A stretch of 64,000 nucleotides of DNA from Cyclobacteriaceae bacterium (GCA_965601475.1 OZ271832.1:984698-1048697), one strand, 5' to 3'. Numbered from the stretch's first letter, positions 52,726 through 63,723 are shown. Notes: a model not told the origin generated them from the letters alone. Numbers and translations: made by a program.

Positions 52726-55353
52726 TTGAGCTTCAAGGGAGCAATTCTAATTGCGACATTTTTTTTCCTGCTTACCCCAATAGTCAGTGGGCAGACTTCA
52801 TCTTCGGAAATCAAGTTTAGGGCTTCGCACATTTCTATCGATGACCTGCTACGATCATGGCGAGATCAGAGCGATCGGATCTTAGTTTTTAGTCTCGATC
52901 GCATCCCGGCTATTCAAATCGAGCTACCCCAGAAAAACCTTACAGAGCAGCAAATAATCTCCCTACTCAAAACTCAGAATTTGAATGTTTTGGTGCGGGA
53001 CAATCGGATACTCATCACTCAAGTCAAGGCGCAGCCCAAGAAGAGATACTCGTTGTCGGGCTATGTCACGGATGCAGCAACGGGCGAGGCACTCATCGGA
53101 GCAACTGTCTTTGAAAAGGGATCCAAGCTGGGAACTGTGACCAACAGGTATGGCTACTACTCACTCACCATTCCTGCAGACAGTTCTGACTTTGAGGTCA
53201 ATTTCATCGGGTATGAAAAAAGGAGCCTGAAGGTAACGCTTGCTTCTGATCAAAAACTCGACTTTGAACTCAATGAGAATGCATTAGAGTTGGGTGAGGT
53301 CACCATTTCTTCTCGAACACCAGATTTCAATATCCGCAGCATGATCCCCGGCATCAACTCGCTTGACTTCGGTCCGGAGAACAACGTTCCCTATTTTATG
53401 GGTGAGGTTGATGTCTTCCAGGGCTCACTACTGCTTCCTGGCATCAAAATATTGGGAGAAGAAGCCGCGGGGATTAACGTACGAGGTGGAGGCATTGACG
53501 AAAACCTCATTCTACTGGATGAAGCACCTATCTATAATCCAACCCACTACTTTGGGTTGATTTCCGTTTTTAATCCCGAGGCGGTAAACGATATCCAATT
53601 CATGAAAGGATTCTTTCCTGCCAATTTTGGTGGAAGAGCTTCTTCGGTTATCACCATACACCAGAAGGAGGGCAACGACCAGGCTTTTCATATGGCGGGA
53701 GGCCTGGGTCTGCTTTCAGCTCGACTTCTCGCGGAGGGCCCCATCAAGAGAGGTAAGAGTTCTTTTCTGGTTTCAGGCAGGCAATCTTTACTCAATCCCA
53801 CCGAACTGGGAGCCAGCGACATCAACAATTCCTCCACTTTCTTCACAGATTTCAATTTCAAAGCCAACTGGAGACAGAACGATCATAACACCTTCTTCCT
53901 CTCGGGATACGTTGGAAATGACAGGAACGTAACTGGATTTGACGGGCAGAGGCGTTGGGGTAACCAAACCGCAACCTTCCGGTGGAATCGACAGTATGGA
54001 CAGAAGCTATTCAGCCATTTCTCAGCGGTCTTTAGTCAATACAATTATCGGATTGTCGAGCCAAGAGAGGCAGGAAGTTTCATCGGGAGATTCAGAATCA
54101 TTGATTACACCCTGAAACTGGACCAGAGCTATCATGCTTCACCAACCTCGGAATTCAATTTTGGGGCGATCACAACATTTCACCGACTGAAGCCCGGTGA
54201 GCGCTTGCCTTTCGACCCGGATGATACCTCCACAAACCCGTTGGACCTGGATTCTGAACATGGCATCGAAACGGGCCTTTACGGATCACATAGATGGTCT
54301 ATCAATAATGAGATCAGCGTGCTATACGGTTTGAGAATTTCTGCGCTGCACAATATTGGCCCTTCTCAAGTATATACTTATGCGGAGGGCGAACCACTTT
54401 CTGACCAGTCTATCATAGACACCTTGCAGGTAGAGCCCGGACAGATCATATCCTCATTTTACAATTTGGAACCTCGCATCTCCACCAACTGGCGTTTCGA
54501 GCCAAGCACCTCAATCAAAGCCTCTTACAACAGAACCTATCAGTACATCCACTTAATTTCCAATACTATCACACCCAACCCAACAGATATCTGGAAGCTT
54601 AGTGATGAATTCCTGGCACCAACCAGAACCGATCACTTTTCCATCGGACTTTTCAAGAATTTTAATGACAACGCCTGGGAGTCCTACGTGGACGTCTTTT
54701 ACAAAGACATTAGAAACACGATCGAATACAAGAATGGCGCAGACCTGCTCTTTAATGAAAATATAGAAACAGAGCTCATTAAGGCCGATGCCCGGGCCTA
54801 TGGCCTCGAATTCTTCCTCAAAAGAAACCTGGGCAACATAACCGGCTGGATCAGCTATACACTTTCCCGTGCTGAGAGAAGAACGATTACTGACTTTCCG
54901 GAAGAACAAATAAATGATGGGAGCTACTTTCCGGACGACAACGACAAAACCCACGATGTTTCCCTTGTGGTGCTTAATCGGCTATCTTCCAGGTTGAGCT
55001 TCTCTTCAAGTTTCAACTACAGCACCGGAAGGCCCATTACCCTACCTACAGGGAAGTATACATTTGAAGGTAACCCGATACCTCATTTTTCCGGACGCAA
55101 CCAAAGCAGAATAACTGACTATCACCGACTGGACCTGTCTCTGAAACTCGAGGGGAAAAAGTCAAGGAAAGACGGAACTCCGAGAAAATTCAATGACTAC
55201 TGGACATTGACTGTTTACAATGTATATGCCCGCAGAAATGCGTTTTCATATTTTTTCCGAGCATCCGAAAGTGATCCTTCGGAAACCGAAATCGTTCGCT
55301 ATTCGGTATTTGGCACAGTGATCCCATCTATCACTTACAACTTTTCTTTCTGA
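52726..55353 (+). CDS. TonB-dependent receptor with N-terminal signalling extension and CarboxypepD_reg domain
   Basis: It has a signal peptide, an STN-like extension, YSLSGYVTDAATGEALIGATVF, a plug domain, a long beta-barrel and a C-terminal aromatic residue (YNFSF). Confidence 0.85.
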   Translation: MSFKGAILIATFFFLLTPIVSGQTSSSEIKFRASHISIDDLLRSWRDQSDRILVFSLDRIPAIQIELPQKNLTEQQIISLLKTQNLNVLVRDNRILITQVKAQPKKRYSLSGYVTDAATGEALIGATVFEKGSKLGTVTNRYGYYSLTIPADSSDFEVNFIGYEKRSLKVTLASDQKLDFELNENALELGEVTISSRTPDFNIRSMIPGINSLDFGPENNVPYFMGEVDVFQGSLLLPGIKILGEEAAGINVRGGGIDENLILLDEAPIYNPTHYFGLISVFNPEAVNDIQFMKGFFPANFGGRASSVITIHQKEGNDQAFHMAGGLGLLSARLLAEGPIKRGKSSFLVSGRQSLLNPTELGASDINNSSTFFTDFNFKANWRQNDHNTFFLSGYVGNDRNVTGFDGQRRWGNQTATFRWNRQYGQKLFSHFSAVFSQYNYRIVEPREAGSFIGRFRIIDYTLKLDQSYHASPTSEFNFGAITTFHRLKPGERLPFDPDDTSTNPLDLDSEHGIETGLYGSHRWSINNEISVLYGLRISALHNIGPSQVYTYAEGEPLSDQSIIDTLQVEPGQIISSFYNLEPRISTNWRFEPSTSIKASYNRTYQYIHLISNTITPNPTDIWKLSDEFLAPTRTDHFSIGLFKNFNDNAWESYVDVFYKDIRNTIEYKNGADLLFNENIETELIKADARAYGLEFFLKRNLGNITGWISYTLSRAERRTITDFPEEQINDGSYFPDDNDKTHDVSLVVLNRLSSRLSFSSSFNYSTGRPITLPTGKYTFEGNPIPHFSGRNQSRITDYHRLDLSLKLEGKKSRKDGTPRKFNDYWTLTVYNVYARRNAFSYFFRASESDPSETEIVRYSVFGTVIPSITYNFSF

Positions 55354-56201
55354 TGCGATATCTGCCAACTATCATCTTGATGATTACATTCTTCCTGACA
55401 GGTTGTGAGGATGTGATCACCATACCCCTCCCAGAAAATCAAAACCTGGTTGTGGTGGAAGGCTGGATCACCACCGAAGACAAACGCCATGAGATCCGGA
55501 TTTCCAGAACTCAAAAGTTCGACGAACCCAATACTGATACTTCTGTAAGCGATGCCTCCGTGATTGTACAACGAGACACCATTGTCTATACTTTCAGCCA
55601 TCAAAACGAAGGAATTTACTTGTCAGACGATGCCTTCCAGGGCTTGGAAGGAGGTTTCTACGGTCTCCGCATTATTTTGTCATCTGGAGATACGATCAGG
55701 TCACGGTCATTCGAGCGGATGCCAGAGACAGTGGGTATTTCCAGAATTTCGTTTGATTTTTTCGAGCAAAACTCAGAAACCAACCCGGGTGAGGTCGTAA
55801 GGCTCTATTTCCCCATTACATTCAGCACAGATCCTGCGGAGCGGGCCAACTTCTATCGCTATGTATTATCGAGAAACGATACCGTGTTCAATGCGCCACA
55901 GGACATTGAGCTACTGGACGACTCCGCTATCAATGGAAATAACTTCAGAAACGAATTTCGAAGCTTCAACTACCTGAACGGAGATCTGGCAAGTGTGGAG
56001 CTTCGATCCATCAACCGTGGAGCTTTTGAATTTTTTCAATTACTCAGAAACCAGGCCACCTCACTGGGAACAAGTTCAGGTACTGCTCCTGCCAGTATCC
56101 AGGGGAATCTATTTGTATTGAATGACCCTGATCAGGTCGTGCTGGGGTATTTCAGCTGTTATTCTTCCTCTTCCATTCAAATAGTATTTGAAGAACAATA
56201 A
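55353..56201 (+). CDS. DUF4249-like lipoprotein (usual partner of this receptor class)
   Basis: The lipobox is FFLTGCED. Its start overlaps the receptor stop by 1 nt. Confidence 0.75.
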   Translation: MRYLPTIILMITFFLTGCEDVITIPLPENQNLVVVEGWITTEDKRHEIRISRTQKFDEPNTDTSVSDASVIVQRDTIVYTFSHQNEGIYLSDDAFQGLEGGFYGLRIILSSGDTIRSRSFERMPETVGISRISFDFFEQNSETNPGEVVRLYFPITFSTDPAERANFYRYVLSRNDTVFNAPQDIELLDDSAINGNNFRNEFRSFNYLNGDLASVELRSINRGAFEFFQLLRNQATSLGTSSGTAPASIQGNLFVLNDPDQVVLGYFSCYSSSSIQIVFEEQ

Positions 56202-56248
56202 TTTGAACTTTTGGGGGTTTATGAATTAATCATTGCCTTAGAAGAACT

Positions 56249-56341
56249 ATGGCAAGAAAAATATTAATCATTATTTCCTCCTTGGTTTTCGCAGTGATTG
56301 GCATACTTATATCCAGAAGACGCAGGGCAAATACCAATTAG
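56249..56341 (+). CDS. Possible 30-aa hydrophobic mini-protein (below track threshold)
   Basis: The ATG...TAG ORF encodes MARKILIIISSLVFAVIGILISRRRRANTN, one TM helix plus a basic tail. There is no supporting evidence beyond the ORF itself. Confidence 0.2.
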   Translation: MARKILIIISSLVFAVIGILISRRRRANTN

Positions 56342-56522
56342 CAAATGGGAAAGAAAATCAAAATTTCAGCTGGCTTAGCTCGTCTAATTAGTGGCGAAGC
56401 CAATTTGCACTTCCAACGGAATCGGGATGTGTTTACCGTTGACCCCAAATCCAGGACCAACTACCTGGATTCCTTCAATCATGCACTGGTATTGGAGGTT
56501 GCTCATGGGGAGTTTCCGATTA

Positions 56523-59327
56523 TCAGGCATTGATCAACTCGGACGGCTTGACGCCATATCTCCGCTGGTATTGACGATTGAAGGTTGTGACGTTGTTTTG
56601 TCCCACTCGGCGAGCAGCGTCCGTGGCATTTTTCACTTTCTTATTCCTGATGAGGTAATCCACGTACTGCAGACGTACCTCCGTGATGTATTCGTGCGGC
56701 GTCAAACCAGTTAAGCGCTTGACCATTCTGTATACCTGTCGCTCACTGGCTGCAAGCGCATCAGCTAACTGCATGACCGACAACCGAGGGTCGCTTATGC
56801 TCTCCTTCACCACCGATTCCAGCTTCATAATGATGTCCTCTTCCAGGGTAGAAATACCGGTTTCCTTCGAAGATAGCTCTTCAAATACATTCTCACCCGG
56901 GAAGGAACCATACTTGGTCTTTTGTTCGAGCAGGTTGTCTATACGGAGTAGCAGTTCCTTTTTCTGAAAGGGCTTCTTGATGAAATCATTGACGCCTTTG
57001 TAAAGTACTTTCTCCTTGGTATCGTCGGAAATTCGGGCTGATACGACCAACAGCGGAATCTTCTTAAACCTTTCATTGCCGTTTATCGATTCTATGAGTT
57101 CGAAGCCATCCATCCAGGGCATCATCAGGTCGGTGATAATCAAATGCACCTCTCTATGCTCCAGTAAATCCAGGGCCTCGATACCATGGGCAGCTTCTAT
57201 CACATTGTAATTGTCCTCCAGAATTTGTCTGATATAGTACCTAATCTCGGGATGATCATCTACAAGCAAAATGGTGGATTCGTGTTTTTCACCGTCTATC
57301 GATACATTAGGCCGGGCTTTCTCATCGATTTCAAGCTCCCTGAAAATTTCGTTGCGGTCTTTCACATAATTCGCTTCTTCCGGCTGGTAACCCGGTAAAT
57401 GCGTGATACTTTCATTTCGCAAGGTTATGGTGAAAGTGGTACCCACCCCCATTTCGCTGCTGACAGAAATCTCTCCATCGTGCAACTGCACCAACTCCCT
57501 GACCAATGCAAGGCCAATCCCCAGTCCTTCTTTTGATTTGAACTGATTTTCCTTTGACTGGTAGAATCGGTCAAATATGTGGGGCAAACTGTGTGCCGGT
57601 ATGCCATCGCCGGTGTCCTGAATGGATATATAGGTAGCTTCCACATTGCGACTACAGGAAATAATGATCGATTCTCCTTTCCTCGTATGCCTCAGTGCAT
57701 TGGAGACGAGATTGTAAAAGATCTTTTCAAATTGCCTGGGGTCCGCTGCGAAAACTTCATGGTCTTCCAATGAACTCCTGAATTCCAGCTTTACCCCTTT
57801 GTACTCTGCGGAACTTCGGAACATCTCACTAAGCATCTTCAAGTAGCTATTTAGCCGAACCTGCTCCAATTTCAGCCTGATCTTTCCTTCCTCAAGACGC
57901 GTGATGTCGTTGATCTCGTCCGTCAGATACAGCAGCCGTTTGCTGTTCTTGAAGGCTACCTCAAGGCTTTTTTTCGCCTTGGAAGTCAGATAAGCCTCTT
58001 CGTCTTCCCCAATCATTTCAAGGTTGCCCATGATCAGACTCAAAGGACTTCTCAGGTCATGCGAGACATTCGCAAAGAAACGCGACTTTGCAGCATCAAG
58101 CTCCTTCAGTTTCTCCGACTGGCGTTCAATGAGGTTTTTATCCTCTTCTATCTGATCCTTCTGCTGACTGATTTCTTCGGACAATCGCTTCCGGATTCTA
58201 TAAGCCCTGAAAGAAATGGCCGCGATAATCAGAAGAAGCAATACACCCCCGCCAGTAAGCAGAATAATGGTTTGCTGGCGCTCGATTACCTGCTTATTGA
58301 GTTCGTCTTGCCTACGCAGAAATTCATTCTCAGCTTCCTGCTGCTGTATTTCGTACTGATTTCGAAGTTGCTCGATCTTTCTGATGTTCTCCTCACTGAA
58401 CAGCTGCTGATTGAGTTCGGCATAGTCCACATATCTTCGATAGGCTTTGACGAAATCATCCTCACTTTCATAGATGCGGCTCAACGTAAGCAGTACCTCC
58501 TTTACATCATACCTCGAGGAAAACTGCTCTGCCAATTGAAGTGCTTCCAGCCCAAATCGCTCGGCATTGGGCAGATCACTCCGCAACAAGTAGATCTTGG
58601 CTATGTTGTTGTTGAGCATTACCAGTGCACGACCGTCAGTCTCTATATCGAGACGTCCCTTTACTTCAAAGGAATAATCCAAAGCTTTTCCCAGATCCCC
58701 TTCCCGGCGATATACATCGGCCAAATCGATTTCCACGGCCTTGATTCCATAGACATCGTCGAGATCCCTTCGGACTTCCAGCGCTTGCTTGTAGTACAAC
58801 TCCGACTGACCATACTCACCCTGTCCGCGGTAGGTACGTCCAAGATTGACAAAGCAATAGCCTTGCATCCGTTTGTTACCCAGCGCCTGGGCCTGGTCCA
58901 ACGCCTGGATGAAATACCGGATTGCTCCTTCAAAATTCTGCTGGAAAAGGTACAAATTGCCAATATTGATGAGCGCATAGCCTCGTTGCTCTTCATCTCC
59001 GATGTCTTCTGCTTTCTTCAATGCCTGGAGGTAAACCTCAAAAGCCTTGGAGTAGACACTGAGGTTCCTGTAGGCAACACCCATATAGTTCAAAGCCTGA
59101 ACAGCATGATGGTGGAGCTCATTCGCTTCAGCCATTTTCAGAGCCCGTGTCGCATGGTACAAAGCTGAGTCAGATCGAAGGTCCCTGTAGGCCCAGGCCA
59201 GTTTGTTGTGAGCTATTGTTTGTTCTTCCGGGGACTGGGCTTTGCTTAGTTCTTCTTTTAAGGCCGATAACTGGCCAAAGCCCCAAAATGGAAAAAGAAC
59301 GACAAGAGCAATGAATAACTGTCGCAT
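56523..59327 (-). CDS. Hybrid sensor histidine kinase / response regulator with TPR sensor and C-terminal AraC-type HTH
   Basis: It has a signal peptide, TPR repeats, a TM segment, an H-box (VSHDLRSPLS), an ATPase (IQDTGDGIP, GLGIGLALV), a receiver (ILLVDDHPE...LIITDLMMPWMDG...KKPF) and an AraC HTH (LTPHEYITEVRLQYVDYLI). Confidence 0.9.
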   Translation of the reverse strand: MRQLFIALVVLFPFWGFGQLSALKEELSKAQSPEEQTIAHNKLAWAYRDLRSDSALYHATRALKMAEANELHHHAVQALNYMGVAYRNLSVYSKAFEVYLQALKKAEDIGDEEQRGYALINIGNLYLFQQNFEGAIRYFIQALDQAQALGNKRMQGYCFVNLGRTYRGQGEYGQSELYYKQALEVRRDLDDVYGIKAVEIDLADVYRREGDLGKALDYSFEVKGRLDIETDGRALVMLNNNIAKIYLLRSDLPNAERFGLEALQLAEQFSSRYDVKEVLLTLSRIYESEDDFVKAYRRYVDYAELNQQLFSEENIRKIEQLRNQYEIQQQEAENEFLRRQDELNKQVIERQQTIILLTGGGVLLLLIIAAISFRAYRIRKRLSEEISQQKDQIEEDKNLIERQSEKLKELDAAKSRFFANVSHDLRSPLSLIMGNLEMIGEDEEAYLTSKAKKSLEVAFKNSKRLLYLTDEINDITRLEEGKIRLKLEQVRLNSYLKMLSEMFRSSAEYKGVKLEFRSSLEDHEVFAADPRQFEKIFYNLVSNALRHTRKGESIIISCSRNVEATYISIQDTGDGIPAHSLPHIFDRFYQSKENQFKSKEGLGIGLALVRELVQLHDGEISVSSEMGVGTTFTITLRNESITHLPGYQPEEANYVKDRNEIFRELEIDEKARPNVSIDGEKHESTILLVDDHPEIRYYIRQILEDNYNVIEAAHGIEALDLLEHREVHLIITDLMMPWMDGFELIESINGNERFKKIPLLVVSARISDDTKEKVLYKGVNDFIKKPFQKKELLLRIDNLLEQKTKYGSFPGENVFEELSSKETGISTLEEDIIMKLESVVKESISDPRLSVMQLADALAASERQVYRMVKRLTGLTPHEYITEVRLQYVDYLIRNKKVKNATDAARRVGQNNVTTFNRQYQRRYGVKPSELINA

Positions 59328-59412
59328 GGCAGGTAAGTATTAGGTGACAAAAGTAGGAAGTAGAAAAGTAACTAATGCCGGACTTAGCATGTGGTTGAAT
59401 TAAGTGTCTAAC

Positions 59413-60066
59413 TCATAGATTCATCTCTGGTACCTCGCCCCTGATTACTAATCTCCCAGCAGTCGCATTTTTCACCTGTTCGACGGAAACTCCCTGTGCC
59501 CGTTCAATGAGTTCAAACCCCTCAGGTGTTATGTCCAAAACTGCCAGGTTTGTCACCACCTTCTTCACGCAAGCAACACCGGTAATTGGCAAGGTGCATT
59601 TTGAAAGCAATTTCGATTCCCCCGCTTTATTGGTGTGCATCATTGCCACAATGATGTTTTCTGCTGATGCCACGAGGTCCATGGCACCACCCATTCCTTT
59701 TACCATTCGACCTGGAATCTTCCAGTTGGCGATATCCCCATTATCTGCCACCTCCATGGCTCCCAGCACAGTCAATTGGACATGTTTACCACGAATCATA
59801 GCAAAAGAAGTAGCAGAATCAAATATTGAAGCCCCCGGCAAGGTCGTCACGGTCTGCTTGCCCGCGTTGATGAGGTCCGCATCCTCCTCGCCCGCGAGTG
59901 GAAAGGGTCCCATCCCTAGCAAACCATTTTCCGATTGGAATTCTACATTGATGTCCTTCGGTATGTAATTAGCCACCAGTGTAGGTATTCCTATGCCCAG
60001 GTTGACGTACCACCCGTCTCGAAGTTCCTGGGCTATGCGTTGCGCAATTCCTCTTTTATCCAGCAT
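59413..60066 (-). CDS. scoB: 3-oxoacid CoA-transferase subunit B
   Basis: It has the active-site SENG motif (FQSENGLLG) and is a typical 217-aa beta subunit. It overlaps subunit A by 11 nt. Confidence 0.9.
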   Translation of the reverse strand: MLDKRGIAQRIAQELRDGWYVNLGIGIPTLVANYIPKDINVEFQSENGLLGMGPFPLAGEEDADLINAGKQTVTTLPGASIFDSATSFAMIRGKHVQLTVLGAMEVADNGDIANWKIPGRMVKGMGGAMDLVASAENIIVAMMHTNKAGESKLLSKCTLPITGVACVKKVVTNLAVLDITPEGFELIERAQGVSVEQVKNATAGRLVIRGEVPEMNL

Positions 60067-60757
60067 CTCTCACCGTTCTTTGTTCAATTCTTTTTTCGTA
60101 GTTACTGCCCTGAAAAATACGTTGGACGAATATCCCTGGGGTGTGAATGGAATTGGGATCCAGCACACCTGGCTCCACCAATTCTTCGACTTCCGCAATG
60201 GTGATGGTTCCTGCCATCGCCATGGGAGGATTGAAGTTGCGAGCAGTCCCCTTAAAGATCAGATTGCCATTGAAATCCCCCCTCCAGGCTTTCACAATGG
60301 CAAAGTCTGCAGTCAGTGCTGTTTCGAGGATGTGAGGTTTGCCTCCAAACTCCCGGACTTCCTTACCTTCACCCACTTCAGTGCCATAACCAGCCGGAGT
60401 AAAAAAAGCAGGTATCCCTGCTCCACCGGCGCGGCATCTTTCTGCCAGGGAACCTTGAGGAATAAGGTCTACCTCCAACTCACCACTGAGCATTTGCCTC
60501 TCAAACTCCTCATTTTCTCCCACATAGGAAGAGATCATTTTTCGAACTTGTTTCTGCTGCAAGAGTAGCCCGAGTCCAAAATCATCTACTCCGGCATTGT
60601 TGGAAATACACGTAAGATCACTTACACCCAGGTCCACCAATGCCGAAATGCAATTCTCAGGGATCCCGCATAAACCAAAGCCCCCAAGCATTAGTGTCAT
60701 ACCATCTGTGATGCCTTCGATGGCCTTTTTGGCATTTTGTACACGCTTATCTATCAT
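60056..60757 (-). CDS. scoA: 3-oxoacid CoA-transferase subunit A
   Basis: [19 protein letters not shown] is present and the product is a typical 233-aa alpha subunit. Confidence 0.9.
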   Translation of the reverse strand: MIDKRVQNAKKAIEGITDGMTLMLGGFGLCGIPENCISALVDLGVSDLTCISNNAGVDDFGLGLLLQQKQVRKMISSYVGENEEFERQMLSGELEVDLIPQGSLAERCRAGGAGIPAFFTPAGYGTEVGEGKEVREFGGKPHILETALTADFAIVKAWRGDFNGNLIFKGTARNFNPPMAMAGTITIAEVEELVEPGVLDPNSIHTPGIFVQRIFQGSNYEKRIEQRTVRDAG

Positions 60758-60760
60758 CAG

Positions 60761-62329
60761 TTACCAAATCGATTTGAGTTCAAAAACTTCTCCCGCCACA
60801 AGCACAGCTTCCTGACCAGATGCAAATATGAGCTTGTTGAAGGGTTCGGACGGGAAAAACAAGTCAGAGATTGCCACTGTGCCATTGTCGCCAAATAGTT
60901 CAATACTTGACCTGTCCAGCCAAATACTCACTGGCATTTGTGGGACCTCCGATATTCTGGGGGCACGATGGACACCAGGAAAGTCCTCTGAGAAATCGAC
61001 GATTCCAGCTTTGGACCTGTCGACGAAATACTGATCGCTGCCATCATCATAACCCACCACCAATTGCTCACTCACATCATTGGAGAATGTCATTGACCAA
61101 CTTCTATCCTTCCTCGATATATCGGTAATCGTTAATTCGAAATTTAGCAGTTGACCATCTCCAAGTAGCTTGTCGGACCAATCTACTTGCCCGGCTATCA
61201 CCACCCTATTGATTGCCAGCACCTCTCTACGCAAGTAACCAAGGTCCTGCACCGGCCTTTGACCCATACGGAACCCGTTGACTGTCCGGTATAACCCCAG
61301 TTCACGTGGAAGGGTCATGTGACTTCTCCATTCTTCTGTAGGTACAACCTGGGCATATTGCCAATTGCTCATCCATCCCATGAAGATGCGGCGGTCGTCC
61401 GGCGAATCCGACCACGTGACGCCGGCATAGTTGTCCTTGCCGTGGTCTAGCCAGATGGTACGCTCCGGATAATGGTCATTCGTGAAGGTCTTACCATCAA
61501 AAGTCCCCACAAAGTACTGTGTAGCTGATCCCATAGGCCCCCCAGTGCCAATGGAAACGATCAACACCCAACGCTCATTGCCGCCGACGTCCTTGAGTGG
61601 GAATAGATCGGGACATTCCCACACTCCGGTGTGACTGCCATCATTCTCCCCAAAATGACTCAAGAACTCCCAATTTTTCAGGTCGGTAGAACCGTATAAT
61701 CCGACTCGGTCAGCCTCTGCCAGGACCATGACCCATTTATCCGTTTGATCGTGCCAAAAAACTTTGGGATCTCGAAAATCACGTACCCCCTGGTTGGGCA
61801 AAACAGGATTACCCTCGTACTTGGTCCAGGTGCGTCCCTTATCGAGGCTGTAAGCAACCCCCTGATACTGGAAATCTTCACGCCCGGATGCTTCACCTGC
61901 AGGGTCATGATAAGTGAAAATGGCTACTAATGGAGGTTGGTCCACCGTTCCAAAACCAGATGTATTGGCCCAATCTACCACAGCGCTCCCTGAGAAGATA
62001 TAACCAAGAGAATCGGGATACAGGGCAATCGGAAGATGTTCCCACGCTACGAGGTCTTCGCTAACCGCATGCCCCCAGTGCATAGGACCCCATACGGTAC
62101 TATCCGGATAATACTGATAGAATAGGTGATACTCCCCTTCGTAGTAGACCATTCCATTCGGGTCATTCATCCATTGGTCAGCCGGGGAAAAATGATACTG
62201 AGGTCTGAATGGCTGGTCGTAGTCCAACGTAGCGGCAGGTACTTCCACACTCTCCTCAATGGGCGCGCTTTGCTGCTGACCGCACGCGAGAAGTACCAGA
62301 AATATAATTGGCGTACCGAATCTTATCAT
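60761..62329 (-). CDS. Glycoside hydrolase family 32 (beta-fructofuranosidase / levanase-type) lipoprotein
   Basis: The GH32 catalytic motifs are WMNDPNG, FRDPKVFW and VWECPDLF. I used the internal ATG (MIRFGTPIIFLVLLACGQ, lipobox), which forms an ATGA overlap with the transporter stop. Confidence 0.9.
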   Translation of the reverse strand: MIRFGTPIIFLVLLACGQQQSAPIEESVEVPAATLDYDQPFRPQYHFSPADQWMNDPNGMVYYEGEYHLFYQYYPDSTVWGPMHWGHAVSEDLVAWEHLPIALYPDSLGYIFSGSAVVDWANTSGFGTVDQPPLVAIFTYHDPAGEASGREDFQYQGVAYSLDKGRTWTKYEGNPVLPNQGVRDFRDPKVFWHDQTDKWVMVLAEADRVGLYGSTDLKNWEFLSHFGENDGSHTGVWECPDLFPLKDVGGNERWVLIVSIGTGGPMGSATQYFVGTFDGKTFTNDHYPERTIWLDHGKDNYAGVTWSDSPDDRRIFMGWMSNWQYAQVVPTEEWRSHMTLPRELGLYRTVNGFRMGQRPVQDLGYLRREVLAINRVVIAGQVDWSDKLLGDGQLLNFELTITDISRKDRSWSMTFSNDVSEQLVVGYDDGSDQYFVDRSKAGIVDFSEDFPGVHRAPRISEVPQMPVSIWLDRSSIELFGDNGTVAISDLFFPSEPFNKLIFASGQEAVLVAGEVFELKSIW

Positions 62330-63672
62330 TTCCTGACTAAAATATCTTGTAGCTCTTCCAATGACTTGCCCTTGGTTTCCGGCATCAGGAAACGCGTGAA
62401 AAGCAGCTGCAAAAACATCATGAAAGCGAAGAAAGCAAAAACCGGCCACGGGTTTTCACCAAAGATCCCCTCTTTCTCATCAATGAAGATCGGCGTAAGT
62501 AGCGTTATCAATGCTGCAAAAACCCAGTGCGTTCCTGCTCCGAAAGATTGACCTGCTGCCCTAACCCTATTAGGAAATATCTCTGATATGAATACCCAAA
62601 TAACAGCTCCCTGTCCCACAGCATGGGAGGCAATGAACATTAGAATAAAGGTCAGTGAGAATGTACTACTGGACCCTGCATAAAATGCATAGGAAGTCAT
62701 GGCAAGGCTTATGATGTAGCCGAATGACCCTATGTACATGAGTTGTTTCCTTCCAGCCTTGTCGATCAGGAACATGCCGATCAGTGTAAAGAGCAGGTTG
62801 ATGCCTCCAATGGAAATGGAACTAAACAGCGACTCGGTGCTTGCGAGCCCTGCCTTCTCGAGCAGTTCAGGAGCGTAATAGAGAATGAAATTGATTCCGG
62901 AAAGTTGATTGAAGAAAGCGATAAGGAATGCCAGCTGCAGTGGCAGCTTGTATTTGCCCTGGAAGAGTGATTCCCCTGCGTTTCCTGCGTCTTCCTGCAC
63001 GTGCGTTTTGATCTCCCCCAATCGACGTTCAGCTTTCGATGCATCAATGATCTGTAAGACCTCCAGCGCTTTAGCCTCATCACCTTTCTTAAAGACAAGC
63101 CATCTGGGACTTTCTGATACCATCAGGATCATCAGTGAGTAGAATAATGCCGGAATACCTTCGACCCCGAGCATCCACCGCCAATCGCTATCTCCGCCCA
63201 CGCCAGCCAGGAGATAATTGGAGATAAAGGCAATAAGGATACCGAAAACGATCATGAATTGGTAGAGCGCGACCAGTCTTCCCCGCTGCTCCGAAGAGGA
63301 GATTTCGGATATGTAGGTGGGCGCCGCCACGGACGAGGCACCGACACCGAGTCCGCCAATAAACCGAAAGAATGAAAAAGAGTACGGATCTGGCGCCAGC
63401 GCTGATCCCAGTGCTGACACGAAATAAAGAATACCGATCCAAAAGAGTGTCTTTTTACGTCCAAACCGGTCACAGGGTATGCCGCCTGTGAGTGCCCCAA
63501 TCACGGTGCCCCACAGGGCCATCGACATGATGAAGGTACCATGGAAAAAAGGTGAAGTATTCCAAAGTTCCCGGATGGGCAAATTGGCTCCGGAGATCAC
63601 GACTGTGTCGAATCCAAAGAGGAATCCACCAAGTGCCACCGCCAATGCAAAACTGAGGGTTTTTCCTGTCAT
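62326..63672 (-). CDS. MFS sugar porter (sugar:H+ symporter)
   Basis: It has 12 TM segments and the sugar-transporter signatures GRKKT, PESPRWL and PETKG. Confidence 0.9.
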   Translation of the reverse strand: MTGKTLSFALAVALGGFLFGFDTVVISGANLPIRELWNTSPFFHGTFIMSMALWGTVIGALTGGIPCDRFGRKKTLFWIGILYFVSALGSALAPDPYSFSFFRFIGGLGVGASSVAAPTYISEISSSEQRGRLVALYQFMIVFGILIAFISNYLLAGVGGDSDWRWMLGVEGIPALFYSLMILMVSESPRWLVFKKGDEAKALEVLQIIDASKAERRLGEIKTHVQEDAGNAGESLFQGKYKLPLQLAFLIAFFNQLSGINFILYYAPELLEKAGLASTESLFSSISIGGINLLFTLIGMFLIDKAGRKQLMYIGSFGYIISLAMTSYAFYAGSSSTFSLTFILMFIASHAVGQGAVIWVFISEIFPNRVRAAGQSFGAGTHWVFAALITLLTPIFIDEKEGIFGENPWPVFAFFAFMMFLQLLFTRFLMPETKGKSLEELQDILVRK

Positions 63673-63723
63673 TTTTTGAGTCTGTTGCTGAGAGGGAAGT
63701 TAAGAAACTTTTTAGGATTCGCC

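Noticed and set aside
58059-59168. A 369-aa plus-strand ORF, large enough to look like a gene.
   Set aside because: It lies entirely antisense to the TPR/coiled-coil part of the hybrid kinase. The kinase frame has unmistakable H-box, ATPase, REC and AraC motifs, while this translation is Leu/Ile/Phe-rich noise.
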